A stretch of DNA of 60,779 nt, counting the filler, from Porpidia crustulata (taxonomy: Eukaryota): assembly GCA_964255105.1 (NCBI GenBank). It is 3 parts of 3 records of this genome, joined end to end, with 100 filler letters (N's around TTAATTAATTAA, not from the genome) between each part and the next. Parts side by side here need not be neighbours in the genome. Positions count along the whole stretch, not along the records: positions 20,306 to 40,504 come from CAXUWE010000125.1; positions 40,605 to 60,779 come from CAXUWE010000126.1; 1 more part is not named here. One strand, given 5' to 3'. Each line of letters begins with the position of its first letter. Positions within the stretch are counted from its first letter, which is position 1. The notes under the pieces were generated by a model, which saw only the letters and a program-made list of their open reading frames with translations, ran no database searches and had not been told where the DNA came from. Made by a program: the position numbers and the translations under genes. Shown here piece after piece: positions 35,301-46,600 of this stretch.

Positions 35301-37151
35301 TCTATCAAATCTGTGATATCCCTACCGATACTCCAAGGACCTAATCTGTTAGGAGTGCTATATCTCGAAGGTCAACCAAATTCTTTTACCGACCGTAATC
35401 TCGGCGTACTTCGACTGTTCTGTAACCAAGTCGGTATCTCCATTGCGAACGCTTTATTATTTCGTCGTGTGAGGCAAGTCTCGGCGTCCAACACCAGCAT
35501 GATTGAGTCGCAGAAACGCGCTCTAACGAAAGCACGAGATGCGGAGATCAAGGCCAAGCTCGCGGAATCTGAAGCGATGAGGAACGTCAGACTCAAAGAG
35601 GAGGCTGCGAAAGCGAAATCGATGTTTCTGGCAAATGTCTCGCATGAGCTACGGACGCCTTTGAATGGTGTCATTGGCATGTCGGAACTACTCAAAGCGA
35701 CATCACTAGATAAGGAACAGGAAGGGTACGCAGATTCAATTCGAGTCTGTGCAGACACGCTTTTAACTGTGATTAATGATATATTGGATTTCTCTAAATT
35801 GGAGGCCGGCAAAATGAAGCTCTTCAGCGTCCCTCTCAATCTGAAAGACACCATCTTAGAAGTTGTTCGAGCTCTCTCCTACACTAATTTGGAACGGGGA
35901 CTGCAGACCATCGAGGATTTAGACTTGGATCCTCATCTGCTAGTAATGGGAGACCCCGTCAGGCTTCATCAGATTTTCATGAACTTACTCAGCAACAGCT
36001 ACAAGTTCACAGCCAAGGGTTCCGTAAAAGTAAAATCGAGGACCGAGTACGAAGATGATGAAGTGATACGGGTCACGTGCTCTGTTGCTGATACTGGTAT
36101 TGGCATCACCCAAGAGCAGGTGTCTAGACTCTTCAAACCATTCGCTCAGGCAGACAGCAGTACTCAGAGATCCTACGGCGGTAGTGGACTTGGTCTTTCG
36201 ATCTGCAAAGCACTTATCAATGTTCTCAACGGTAAAATATGGCTTGAAAGTCAACTCGGGGTTGGTACCTCCGTATCGTTCACTCTTACATTTCCAAAGG
36301 CGTCAAATACTGCGACGATGGACAGCGTTAAGGTCTCGGCAAAGGACCCAGATCCAATGGCTACATGGTCGTCTGACACAAATGGCTTAGCCCCTCGGTC
36401 ATCAACAGCCCCTTTTGCGGATCTCTCGCAGATCTCTCACCAGCAACTCCGAATTTGCATAGCTGAAGACAATCCAATCAACCAAAAAATTGCTGTCTCT
36501 TTCGTCACAAAGCTTGGGTTCAAGTCCGCGGCATACAGCGATGGTCTTCAAGCGGTTGAGGCCCTCCGACGAAAGTCGTCAGAAGGAGAACCTTTCCATC
36601 TGGTCCTCATGGATGTTCAAATGCCTATCCTCGACGGCTACGATGCGACACGCCTGATACGTAGAGATGAAGATCCTGCAGTTCGGAACGTCTTGATCAT
36701 CGCTATGACAGCCTCGGCTATCCGCGGCGATCGCGAGAAATGCCTACAGGCTGGAATGAATAACTACCTCGCGAAACCCGTACGAGCTGCGGTCCTGAAA
36801 TCCATGTTGGAGGACTACCTCAGCCAACCTCCCAAATCGATCCCACGTTTACAAGAGACAGCGCATGATTTAGCCAAAGATGTTATTGACGAGGTGCAGC
36901 GAAGTAGGCCAAATACTTCAGAGGGTGGAAGGCCGACATTTTCACAGAGAATGAGTGGCAGAAACAACATTCCTTTCGAGGGTCCAGACCCTCAAGAGCG
37001 CTATTTGCCTGACCAGCCGGGTCCAGCGCTATCCTCGCAATCTTCAAGCGACATTGATAACACGAAGATACCTACCAGACCAGCGCCGCCAGAGATTCAA
37101 GCGAATGATAGCGAGGAAACCGTAACACAAGTCGATTTTGAGGGCATGTAG
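29378..37151 (+). CDS. Group X hybrid histidine kinase (Chk1/Mak2-3/Phk-type; Ser/Thr-kinase-like, P-loop, GAF, HisKA, HATPase and receiver domains), ~2412 aa; exons 29378-29503, 29563-31785, 31837-32030, 32100-32525, 32580-33095, 33142-33358, 33412-33869, 34017-34142, 34199-37151
   Basis: APEQTGRM...DSRTDIYSLG (kinase-like), GSAGLGKS and LCLDDLQFAD (Walker A/B), LLGVLYLEG (GAF), FLANVSHELRTPLNG (H-box), NLLSNSYKFT, DTGIG, GGSGLGL, receiver AEDNPIN...LMDVQMPILDG...LAKP. Eight introns give a 7239-nt in-frame CDS. Confidence 0.95.
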
Positions 37152-39226
37152 AAGAAGAACTTTGAACCATTGCCATCCCTTGAAAAGACGATATTCTAAG
37201 AAGTCTAAGGGGTGCAGGAGCGCGCAGGAAGCACAAATTTCTCAGCTATTCCATGCTACAGAGGTTATTTCTTTCTTTCTTTGCATCGATATGAAGTTCT
37301 TGCTGCGAACAATTTGCGTCCGTGTTCTCGCATTTCGGGAGGTTATTTGGATACGGAATTGAAGTGCATCCGAGGGCGTCGGGAGGCATTGCAAAGGAGT
37401 TGTTGTTATTGGTTAGAGGGATCCTGGACTGCCCATGTTTTATAAGATTTCTCGAGCGACGACATGTCCCAGCCTATCGTCGCTCGTCTTTGTACAATAT
37501 TTTGGCATGGTTCAGGCGATCAACGTCGAGCATCAAGGATGGGATTCTGGTGGGGAGACACATAGGTAACGCATATATGGAGCAATGGACAGACTGCAAA
37601 GTATTGGATCATACTCGTAGCTTGTAGAATACCTATATGAGAGTGCTATAAGGATGCGCAAATAACGGTATTTTAGACGCTTGCTTTTTCATAATAAACT
37701 CTGTATCTGACGGTCACAGCGACTGGCAAGACAATTGCCCAACACATTCCCATATGGATTCCCACCACCAAGATCTTCATCTGGACGTATCACGGAGCTC
37801 AGGTCTATCACGGTTCTTTACCTTTTATCGGATCAAAGGTCGTCTACATTAGAGATATATACACATCGGTGATATCAAGGTACACTGACGCTGGGCTTTA
37901 CAGCTTTCACTACCCGCTACCCGATCTACAGTATGGCTACCCGCCACCTCTACGCCAGAGATTGGATGCGTAGGAAACCCTCGGCTCACAGGAGTGGAAG
38001 CAACGAGAGCCTAGTGAGGGGCTCTTCCACAAGAAGGCCTTATTGGAAATAGAAGAGGAGTTCATCGAGCATCCTTTTACATTTTGATCTATCTCATTCG
38101 GGTGAATAGGAACATATGAAAACATGGAAAACAATCTACGAGAACAGTAAGGCCGGCGGGACTACAGACTGTGGATTGGAACATGAATAACAGATAATGC
38201 CATTAGACAAAAATACCAATACTGTCTAGGGCAAGACACCAAGATGAAGGGAATGAGAAAGTGAATCCGTGTCCCCTGAAGGCGCATGTAGTCTCTGTAT
38301 TGAGGTCACGATTGCCGTCAAGAAGCATTTAGCATGAGAATCAGAGGCAGCTTTTGCCTAGCCCAGCCAAAACCGCTATGCGACCAATTCAGAAAGCGCG
38401 CCGCGTGGCTGACGCTGATCTCTCGCCAATGATGACCGTGGCTGATGATCGGCAGCGCAGGGATGCTATATAGGCGGCTTTTGCTTTTGTGGCTTACCGC
38501 CTTTCTTCCACTTGCGGAAGAGAGATGGAGCAGGACAGGGGGACGTTCAAGGGAAGTTGACGCGATCCTCGGTCTGGGGATTTGAGGGCAAAGACGGGAG
38601 CCAGGCTGAGCGACGCTACCGTGCCGGCCAAACCGATTGGCTCATCCATTGGCGATCGAAGGCGAATGGGGACAGACTGGCAGAGGTCCTTCTGGAATAC
38701 CTGGGCAATCGGCATGAATTGGCAAGTGGTAGAGAGCATTCGTTCAACATGAAACATTTCGATGCTTCGCAGGCTGCAGGCTGCAGATCGGAGCATGCAG
38801 CTGCAAACCGTCAACGGGGAGCTTTATGAAAGGATCCAGCATGATGTAAAATCCAATTCGATAAGGCGATGTAAGTACTCTAAGCTGCGTCAGTGAGCTC
38901 AGAGCACCCGCTTACCTTGTAATAGGTTGTACGGCTAAGTGACGAACGGTTACATCCGCACCGACCTATGCTCGTACCGGGTCTTGGTATGAGTATCAGA
39001 TACATTGGAGGTACATTTGTGAGAGAGGAATTTGTTGTGCGCTTCAAAGGTCCGGCAAGCCGAATTGGAGTACCGAGTACAGGATGCCCTGCTGCATAAA
39101 AGCGGCCATCGCGGCCACGGGGGATGCATGAACTGTGCCGGTTAGATCTAACGGTTATCCTGGTTGAGCCGTGACGTTAATCTCATCTGTAACACGACTA
39201 TCTGACTACTTCACAAACCGGATATC

Positions 39227-39259
39227 AATAATAATAATTATTATTATTATTATTATTAT
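39227..39259. repeat. Inverted trinucleotide microsatellite (AAT)4(TAT)7
   Basis: Read directly: aataataataat followed by (tat)7. Confidence 0.85.
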
Positions 39260-40404
39260 CGTTATTTCTAGTATTCAATCATCTACGATGAACACATCCA
39301 CCGAATCAGAAACTCCAAGCATCACCACCCGAAGCACCAAATCACCCTGATGCACGGAGGCATTACATCGAAGCTACTAATAGTAAACATCAACAATCGA
39401 CTATCTACCTAGTCCGGGAGCCCAGCTGCAATAAACATCTGCAGGTGTGCTTTACTTGTGGACTGCTGTAACCTACCGGCCACATTCAAACTTACCGATT
39501 GCGGCAATTGCACCATGCAATGATGCAAAGCTATCAACATGCACAAGGAAATATTGTATAATGCTTCCGTGCTGTTTGTGATGCTGCAAAATTGTGCATA
39601 AGTAATTGCGACTCGACAGCATTTTAGTCGGTCATGGAATGTATCTAAATCAACACTCAAAGCGGGATGCACGCAATGGCTTTGACGACCTACCAATAAT
39701 CCTGGTCGCTTTGAGTTGCCGTCCGTTGTTGATAATAGATCATCAGATGGCACCTTGATGGCTTTTGGGGCTTAGATAGTAAGTTTCGCGCCTGCGGCCT
39801 GCAGAAGCCTCAGGTTGTCGATCATGGCTGAACGCTAAGACTTTCTCATCGATTGTCTGAACCGCCTCGGCCGCCGACCTTCCTCTCTAGTCGATCGACG
39901 TTTGCCATAAACGCCTTAGCATGCTGGGTATGCCGTCCCCTAGAGGAGGGTCCCCCCCAATCGAGGCTTCCTCGTCATTGAGCTATTATGTAGGTACATA
40001 GTACACAGTTGGAAATAACTTCGTCAATTAGTTACTCTTGTGTCAAGATGAAATGCTGGACGACAAGTTTATGAATGGTACCTTGGTACTCCCATTCAGC
40101 TGTAAGGTACCTTTCACTAAGCTTGGTGGAATGTTGGAACGCACCCGTCTACCAATCAAACGGCATTGGAGAGTGTCTGGAAATAGCTTAGGGCTAGACA
40201 TGTTGACAGCAAAGCTGTCATGTAACTACGCTTGTCGCATAAGTCCATAAAACAAGTCAACGGCATCGTGGAGGCGGCTTAGACTACGGGATAGCCCAAA
40301 GAGAATGATAGATTGGTGGGAATTGCTTCTCCAGCTCAGAGCTAAAGCAACTGACTATCTACTACGTAGCTATCCATCATGACCTGAATCATAAGTTCAT
40401 CAGG

Positions 40405-40480
40405 TACACCACCACCAATGGAATTAGGTACTACTACCACCACCATCATCACTACTACTACTCCTACTATGCTATGTACC
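40405..40480. repeat. Degenerate CAC/TAC/CAT low-complexity tract near the contig end
   Basis: caccaccacc...tactactaccaccaccatcatcactactactactcctactat. Confidence 0.6.
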
Positions 40481-40504
40481 ACTTACTCACGCCCCGGCTA
40501 CAAC

Positions 40505-40604
40505 NNNNNNNNNNNNNNNNNNNNNNNNNNNNNNNNNNNNNNNNNNNNTTAATTAATTAANNNNNNNNNNNNNNNNNNNNNNNNNNNNNNNNNNNNNNNN
40601 NNNN
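40505..40604. other. Artificial contig linker (N44-TTAATTAATTAA-N44)
   Basis: Same 100-nt spacer as at 20206-20305. Confidence 0.98.
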
Positions 40605-40801
40605 AAAGTGGGGTGTGCACGGGACCGGAACGTGCACGGGCCCGGGAATACTCCTACCAGGTACTTGTATGATATTACGCTAGTGGTATTTACAACCCGC
40701 GGATCTTTGCACTGCTTGCTCTACAAACGGGTCAATTGCCTACCTAGAAATTACTACCTCAATCTATATAATTCAATTATCGCTCTAGTAGATACTACAT
40801 C

Positions 40802-41977
40802 ATGCCACTCGTAGATTACGCCGATTCAGATGACTCAGAGGTGGAGGACAAGCCAGTCGCAGAACGAGCTTCGGGCAAACCTGTGTTCCAGAAAGTCGTT
40901 GACCGCACAAATCCTCACAAGATACGAGTCAGTCTGCCAGAGTTTTCGAAGGATGCCCCGACAGCCGGCGAAGGAGAAGAAAGACGGCCAGCAAAAAGAC
41001 CCAAAATGAGTATCGGAGAATCCAGTGGCTTTAATTCCTTCCTGCCAGCCCCAAAACGAGCTCCGGCGGCAAATGGAGATTCAGCGAATGGTTTACGAAG
41101 AGGGGGACTTAGTAGCGGTTTCAGTCTCAAGACAGGAGCCACACCAGGCTTCAGCCGCGAAGTAGATCCCATTATCGATGGGTTTTCTGGGGATATTGAG
41201 GAAGTGGCAAAGGAGGGCTTTGAAAATGGAAGTGTTACAGAAGGGGCTGTGGACGCCGAACTTGCAGCGGTACGTGGCGAGAAAGCACCGGAGATATTAG
41301 ATAATGAATCAACGAAACAAAAAAATGCAGTCATGTTTAAGCCTCTCTCGGTTGCAAGGAAAGCTCGCGGGAAGAAAACGATTTCACCGGCTTTTGTAGG
41401 GCCACACGCAACCCGCGAGACTCCCTTTTTGGATCCCTCGAAGGCCATTTCCAAAGCGTCTTTATTTTCTACAGTAGATTCACAAGAAAGTCAGCTCTCT
41501 ATTGGTACCCAGAAAGGAGAGTATACGCCCATGATCTATCAAGCTTATGATGCGACAACTAAACAATTGCTTCCTGAACGCGGCATTGATCTATACCATG
41601 AGGATACGGTTATTAGAGAAGATTCCCTTCCGCAGGCCAGTGCAAGCCCATCGGACTTCCCACAATTCCTGAGTACCATAGCAGCCGACCTCAAACTCTC
41701 AGCATCTGCAAAACGACAGCTCTTCGGCCGGCAAGGGAATAACGCTTCTGCGATTAGTATAGTCAACTTCAACACGGACCAGGAATATGCAGCCAATGAA
41801 GTCCTACGACAAAATGGGGAGCAAGTTCAGCATAATCCAGTGAGGGCCCTTGCAGCTGGTAAACATAGTCTCAAACAATTGGTCAACGCTGCAAGTAACC
41901 AGAAGGATGCACTTGAGGAGCAATTTGCAAGCGGTCGGAGGAACAAGAAAGAAGCTGGGAGCAAGTATGGCTGGTAA
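40802..41977 (+). CDS. PRCC-family protein (mitotic checkpoint regulator, MAD2B-interacting domain), 391 aa, intronless
   Basis: N-terminal MPLVDYADSDDSE, internal FNSFLPAPK and MFKPLSVARK, C-terminal GKHSLKQLV...LEEQFASGRRNKKEAGSKYGW. Confidence 0.9.
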   Translation: MPLVDYADSDDSEVEDKPVAERASGKPVFQKVVDRTNPHKIRVSLPEFSKDAPTAGEGEERRPAKRPKMSIGESSGFNSFLPAPKRAPAANGDSANGLRRGGLSSGFSLKTGATPGFSREVDPIIDGFSGDIEEVAKEGFENGSVTEGAVDAELAAVRGEKAPEILDNESTKQKNAVMFKPLSVARKARGKKTISPAFVGPHATRETPFLDPSKAISKASLFSTVDSQESQLSIGTQKGEYTPMIYQAYDATTKQLLPERGIDLYHEDTVIREDSLPQASASPSDFPQFLSTIAADLKLSASAKRQLFGRQGNNASAISIVNFNTDQEYAANEVLRQNGEQVQHNPVRALAAGKHSLKQLVNAASNQKDALEEQFASGRRNKKEAGSKYGW

Positions 41978-41997
41978 ATCTACATAATGGCCTAGAG

Positions 41998-42729
41998 CTA
42001 TAGACCGTGCGAATTCAAAAAAGCTATGGCGGCTGCATCCTTGATCAACTCCTCATTTGGAGGGCGTCCGCGTCCCTTGACTCTGTGAACCTGGTCCTGT
42101 GCTTCCTGTATCGACTTAAATCTGTATGTTACCATAATGGGACTTGGCCTTTGGCGGCGCCGCCTAGAGGACCCCTGATGGGTTGGAGTAGCCGGTGCCG
42201 CGATTGGCAATGCCGGCGTCGATCGCAAGGGAGCTCTTGGAACCGTTCTCTGGACGATTCGTGGCATGGCAGAAATGGGCGGAGGGACCCCTGCCATAGC
42301 TCCGGTTCCAGCTTGAGGGATTCCAGCGGGTAAAGGCTGGCAATTTCCGATCTGGAGCTGAGACGCAGGCGGAATCGGGTCATCGCAATGGTATATTCCT
42401 CCAATCCGCCCATCGAATTCGGCCGCCGGAGCATTGGCGACCTCACTAGGTGCCGAGGGAACCATCCTCCAATTCTGACCCGCGTTCACCAGCTGATTGC
42501 CATCGACGTAGCCGATTGACATATCATACGCCCCGAAACCTGGCGCAGCCGCCATGCTTGATCCCATGGCGTCCCATTCCATCTCCAGGTCCCTCAGGTT
42601 GGAACGCGTCTCTGGCATATAGTCTCCCAGCAAACAGATCATATTCCCTTGCTCGTCGAAACATCCCGTCATGCTGCCAAACGTGGGGTCGGGGTCTTCG
42701 TGCCCGTTGACATTGAACAGCATTGCCAT
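41998..42729 (-). CDS. Hypothetical orphan protein, ~243 aa from the first AUG, with acidic/Met-rich N-half and basic C-terminus containing KGRGRPP
   Basis: Stop-free frame of >750 nt with protein-like composition. No family recognised; upstream exons are possible (GTGAGT donors at 42912 and 43073). Confidence 0.55.
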   Translation of the reverse strand: MAMLFNVNGHEDPDPTFGSMTGCFDEQGNMICLLGDYMPETRSNLRDLEMEWDAMGSSMAAAPGFGAYDMSIGYVDGNQLVNAGQNWRMVPSAPSEVANAPAAEFDGRIGGIYHCDDPIPPASQLQIGNCQPLPAGIPQAGTGAMAGVPPPISAMPRIVQRTVPRAPLRSTPALPIAAPATPTHQGSSRRRRQRPSPIMVTYRFKSIQEAQDQVHRVKGRGRPPNEELIKDAAAIAFLNSHGL

Positions 42730-43643
42730 ATCGTCAATAGGAATGCTCGACAATACTTTTACTGATGCTTGAGAGATATGAAAGCTGTTTTTCTAAATGT
42801 GGTATTGGAATGATAGATGGTTTAGATCAATGTATATGGTTTATCGACTGATACAATTGCAAGAATCTCCAGGACGTGCCTTCTCTCAAATACTCTTCCC
42901 TGACTGACTCACCCACCCCGTTGGCCACTTCTCCACCAAAATGGGAGGTCAAGAATGGTCCGATTAGGCATGGTTGACTCCAAACCACTCCGGACTTCTT
43001 CATGGTTGAAGTCGGTGCTTCGATATTGCCCAATTAGGCATAGTATGTGGTATTCTGCCCCCAGCCGACTCACCACCTTTTTTTCTGCGGCATGTGCTGG
43101 ACGCTTCAGGGATGATTCTCGGATGTGATGGCTGGGAGATCCTGTCCCTCGCTCGCCCACGGCCATTAGCGTGAGGAAGACTATCGGAATGGGGCTTGAG
43201 ATGGCTGTTGAGCTCAAGGAGGTGTGGGGCAGGGAAGGCTTGTGTATGGGGAGGCTTTCTGATATCATACATCATTGCTAGACAGGTGGATTTTGGGTTA
43301 TGATGATGTTTTGTTGTTTAGTGAGGGGAGCGTTACTTGTGGTAACAGATGGTCGATCACGCAGTATGTTGTGGAATGTCAAGCACTGAGTTGGACGTTC
43401 AATGGTTACAGAGGCTCTGGGGAAGACTTTGGATCAAGGGAAATTCTGAATCTATTATTCTCTTATGAATTGAGGCAGCAGTAGTAGAGAGCGCGATGAA
43501 TGTTCGTAAAGGTGTACAATCTCATCTATTATAAAGAATTTACGATCTAAACAGACAATGTAATACGAAAGTCTCCAACATAAAACACTTTTACCACTCA
43601 CTCTCCCATCTCTTCCATCCATCACAACAACCTAGTCAACAAA

Positions 43644-46600
43644 TTATCCCGTCTCCACCACTTCCGCAAACCATTGCCTCAGCGCCGTCGCCAACACTCC
43701 CGGCAACTCCTTCACATCCCCGACCACCAAATAATAGCCAAACGGGAACCCATCCAAATACCGCCGGATACGCAGCTTTGAGCCCCCTTCCCCGTCATCC
43801 TCAAACACCGCCTCGCTCATGTCCATGATACTCTCCCCGCGCAGCGTGTCCACGATCACAAATACAATCATGATCCGCTCCTCCTGCGCCTGCCTCACCA
43901 GCCGGCGGATGCCGTCGTGGTCCTCGCATACGCCATCGCTGATGATGAGTTCAAGCTGCCAGAGGTCCGCGGAGGCGTTGCGTGACGCGGCGCGGGCGGC
44001 GCGGAAGAGCGAAATGGATTCGGCGACGAGCTTGCGGACGTCGGTCGTGGTTTGCTGGAAGGTGAAGCGCTCGAAGATCCGGGCGCCGGCGTCAGCGGAG
44101 AAAGGGTCGTCGAAGTCGTGCGCGACGGTGACGGATTCGCCAAAGCTGAGGACGCAAATCTCACCAACTTCGAGCATGCTGAGGCTTTTGCTAACGAGGG
44201 CGAGGGTTTCGAAGGCGAGCTGGCCGCTGCCGCTTTCGCCCATGGATTTGCTGTCGTCGACGGAGAGCATGATTTGATAATTGCGTTTCGAGGGGACGGA
44301 GCGGCGCATCCAGATTTTGTCTCGCTTGTACAGCGAGGCGATGTAAGGGATTATGCGTTTGATGTTTAGGCGTTTGCCGGTGCGGAAGTCGCCTCGCAGT
44401 TTGGTTGCGAGAGTGGGAGCGAGGATGAGGCGAAGTTGTTCGGTTAGGTGTAGAGAGAGGGAGCCGGTGAGATTATCGTAGTGGGACCAGAGGTGGCGGG
44501 CCTCTTCTGGACCGCGGGTCGAAGTGTTGAGGATTGCATGGAGGTGGGTGGTTGAGAGATTGGTGTCTAAGTCGTCAATGTCTTCTTCGTCCTCAGTATT
44601 TGCTCCATTGGCATGATGTGTTGGTCGCTCCTGCTCGTTATTTGGGCCAACTAGCGCACGCGGTCTGGACTGCTCTTGATCGTTCCTTGAGGACACTGGG
44701 TGGTCTTCTATGCCTTGCATTTGATCATCTTGATCTTCAGCTTCCGGAGCATCTACTTCATCAGGCAAGAATTCATGACCTTGATCTTGCATCTCGGCAT
44801 TCAAAGCTATCTGATCTAATGCATGAGCCTGATCCTCGGTGGCCGCACCCAGAGCTTGTGTGTCGACCTTAGCGGCTTCTTCATGAAGGTGCTCAAATTC
44901 TTCAGCGTTCTCATTAGTTTCTGCTGTATTAGGCTTTTGGCTTTCATTACTGTCTGACACATTGCGGATCTGACGTCGTTGCCGGTGCCATTTCTCGAGG
45001 GCGTCTCCCAATTTCTTGAAGGCTTCACTTCCGCCATTTTCATTGGCGTCCTCGTTAATCCTTTTTATGTCTTCGCCGGCTTCCTGGGCTTGCCCTAATT
45101 GTCCTTCTTCTACGGATGATTGAGGATTGTCATGAGCAGATGGGCTTCCTTGAACTCCTTGGTTACCCTCGGTTGTAGCGTTTTGTATGGTGTCGTGCTC
45201 ATCCCGCTGCTCTGTGTCTTCTCTCAGGCCTCCGATATCGCCCATAGAAGGATCTCCTTGATCAATATTCGCGTCGTCATTCCTGTCACGGAGAAGCTCT
45301 GGATCATTTTGCTTTTCGTCATCTTCTGGCTCAGTATCTACGGGCGTCCCAGCATCTTGCGTCCTATCTATTTCCATATCTTCTTCTATTGAATCTGTCT
45401 GAGTTACCCCAAGCTCAGATTGTCTCGCTTCCGCCGCTGGAGATTCAGAACCATTGCTGTCTTCGTCTGTTACGTCGCATCTTTCGTCTCCACTTTGGTT
45501 TTGGTCAACGTCTGACAAGTCATCCAAATGGCCATCGTCAGGACTCGACATAGTCACAGAATCATTGTCATGATCCAAATCCATTTCCTCTGGCAAGTCT
45601 AGGTTATGTGATTCCTCCAAATGCGGATTGACTTTCTGCAACTCTTCTCGAGCCACTTCTTCACCTTCCTCGGCCCCTTCTTGGCTCAAGTTATCGTCGT
45701 CAACAGTTTCTTCATGATCCATACCCTTGTTTTGTCCATCTTGAGTAGCCGTATGCTCGTCCGGCTGTTTCTCGCCGAATTCTTTAGAGCCTTTCTTCTC
45801 TTTCCCCGTATCTCCAGCAGCTCCATCCCAAAGCTTCTCATCTACGGCCGACGGATCTAGGTCATCCACGTCCCCGGTCTCTTCGTCGATGCCATTATCT
45901 TCTCCGTCACTTTCGGATGCGCTTACATCTTTTTTGTCTAGAGCGTTGTCGAATTCACCGTTGAACTCATCATGGCTCATATCGACGGCGTCTTCTTGAT
46001 CCTCTACGTTCTCTTCGTCTTTCCTTTTCTGTTCTTCTTGTGCAAGTTCAGAAAGATCTTCGTCATCCTGGATATCTTTGCTTATATCTTCAGCGCCTTC
46101 GCCTTCTCCAAGCCCAGTTCCTTCTTCGAATTTCTCTGATTTCCCTGACTGCGAGGCCAAATCTTCTACCGGCATGCAGAAACCCTCGGAGGCAATTTTC
46201 GAAAAGGACTGCGCCAAGACAGAAGCTAGCCTACAGGTATTCAATTGCAGCCTTGAGTAGCGATCTAGATTCTCCTTCTGAACATCACGATATCTTTGTA
46301 TTATTGGAAGTGCCATGGCGAAAATAGCAGCTGCAACATCCAGAATCCCATCGTCTTCGGTTCGGGTGCGATGTATCTTGCACACTGCATCTTCAAGTAT
46401 GTCCCTGACGTCCCGTACGTGCAACATCTTCAAACGACATGCTAAACTATCACTAGTGCGAGTAAGCCAGTCCAGCTCTTGATGAGAATGTGGCAACGAA
46501 AAATGTGTCCTTTCAATGCCCTGTATGGCTACCAGGATTGAATCCACTACCTTCGAAACATCATTATCGAGCTCTTCTATGGAGATGAAATGCTCTCCAT

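Noticed and set aside
39409..39990. Minus-strand fragments (MIDNLRLLQAAGAKLTI*...SVDLDTF) faintly reminiscent of a decayed amidase-like gene
   Set aside because: Resemblance is too weak and no signature motif is visible. A tblastn or HMM search is needed before calling a pseudogene.
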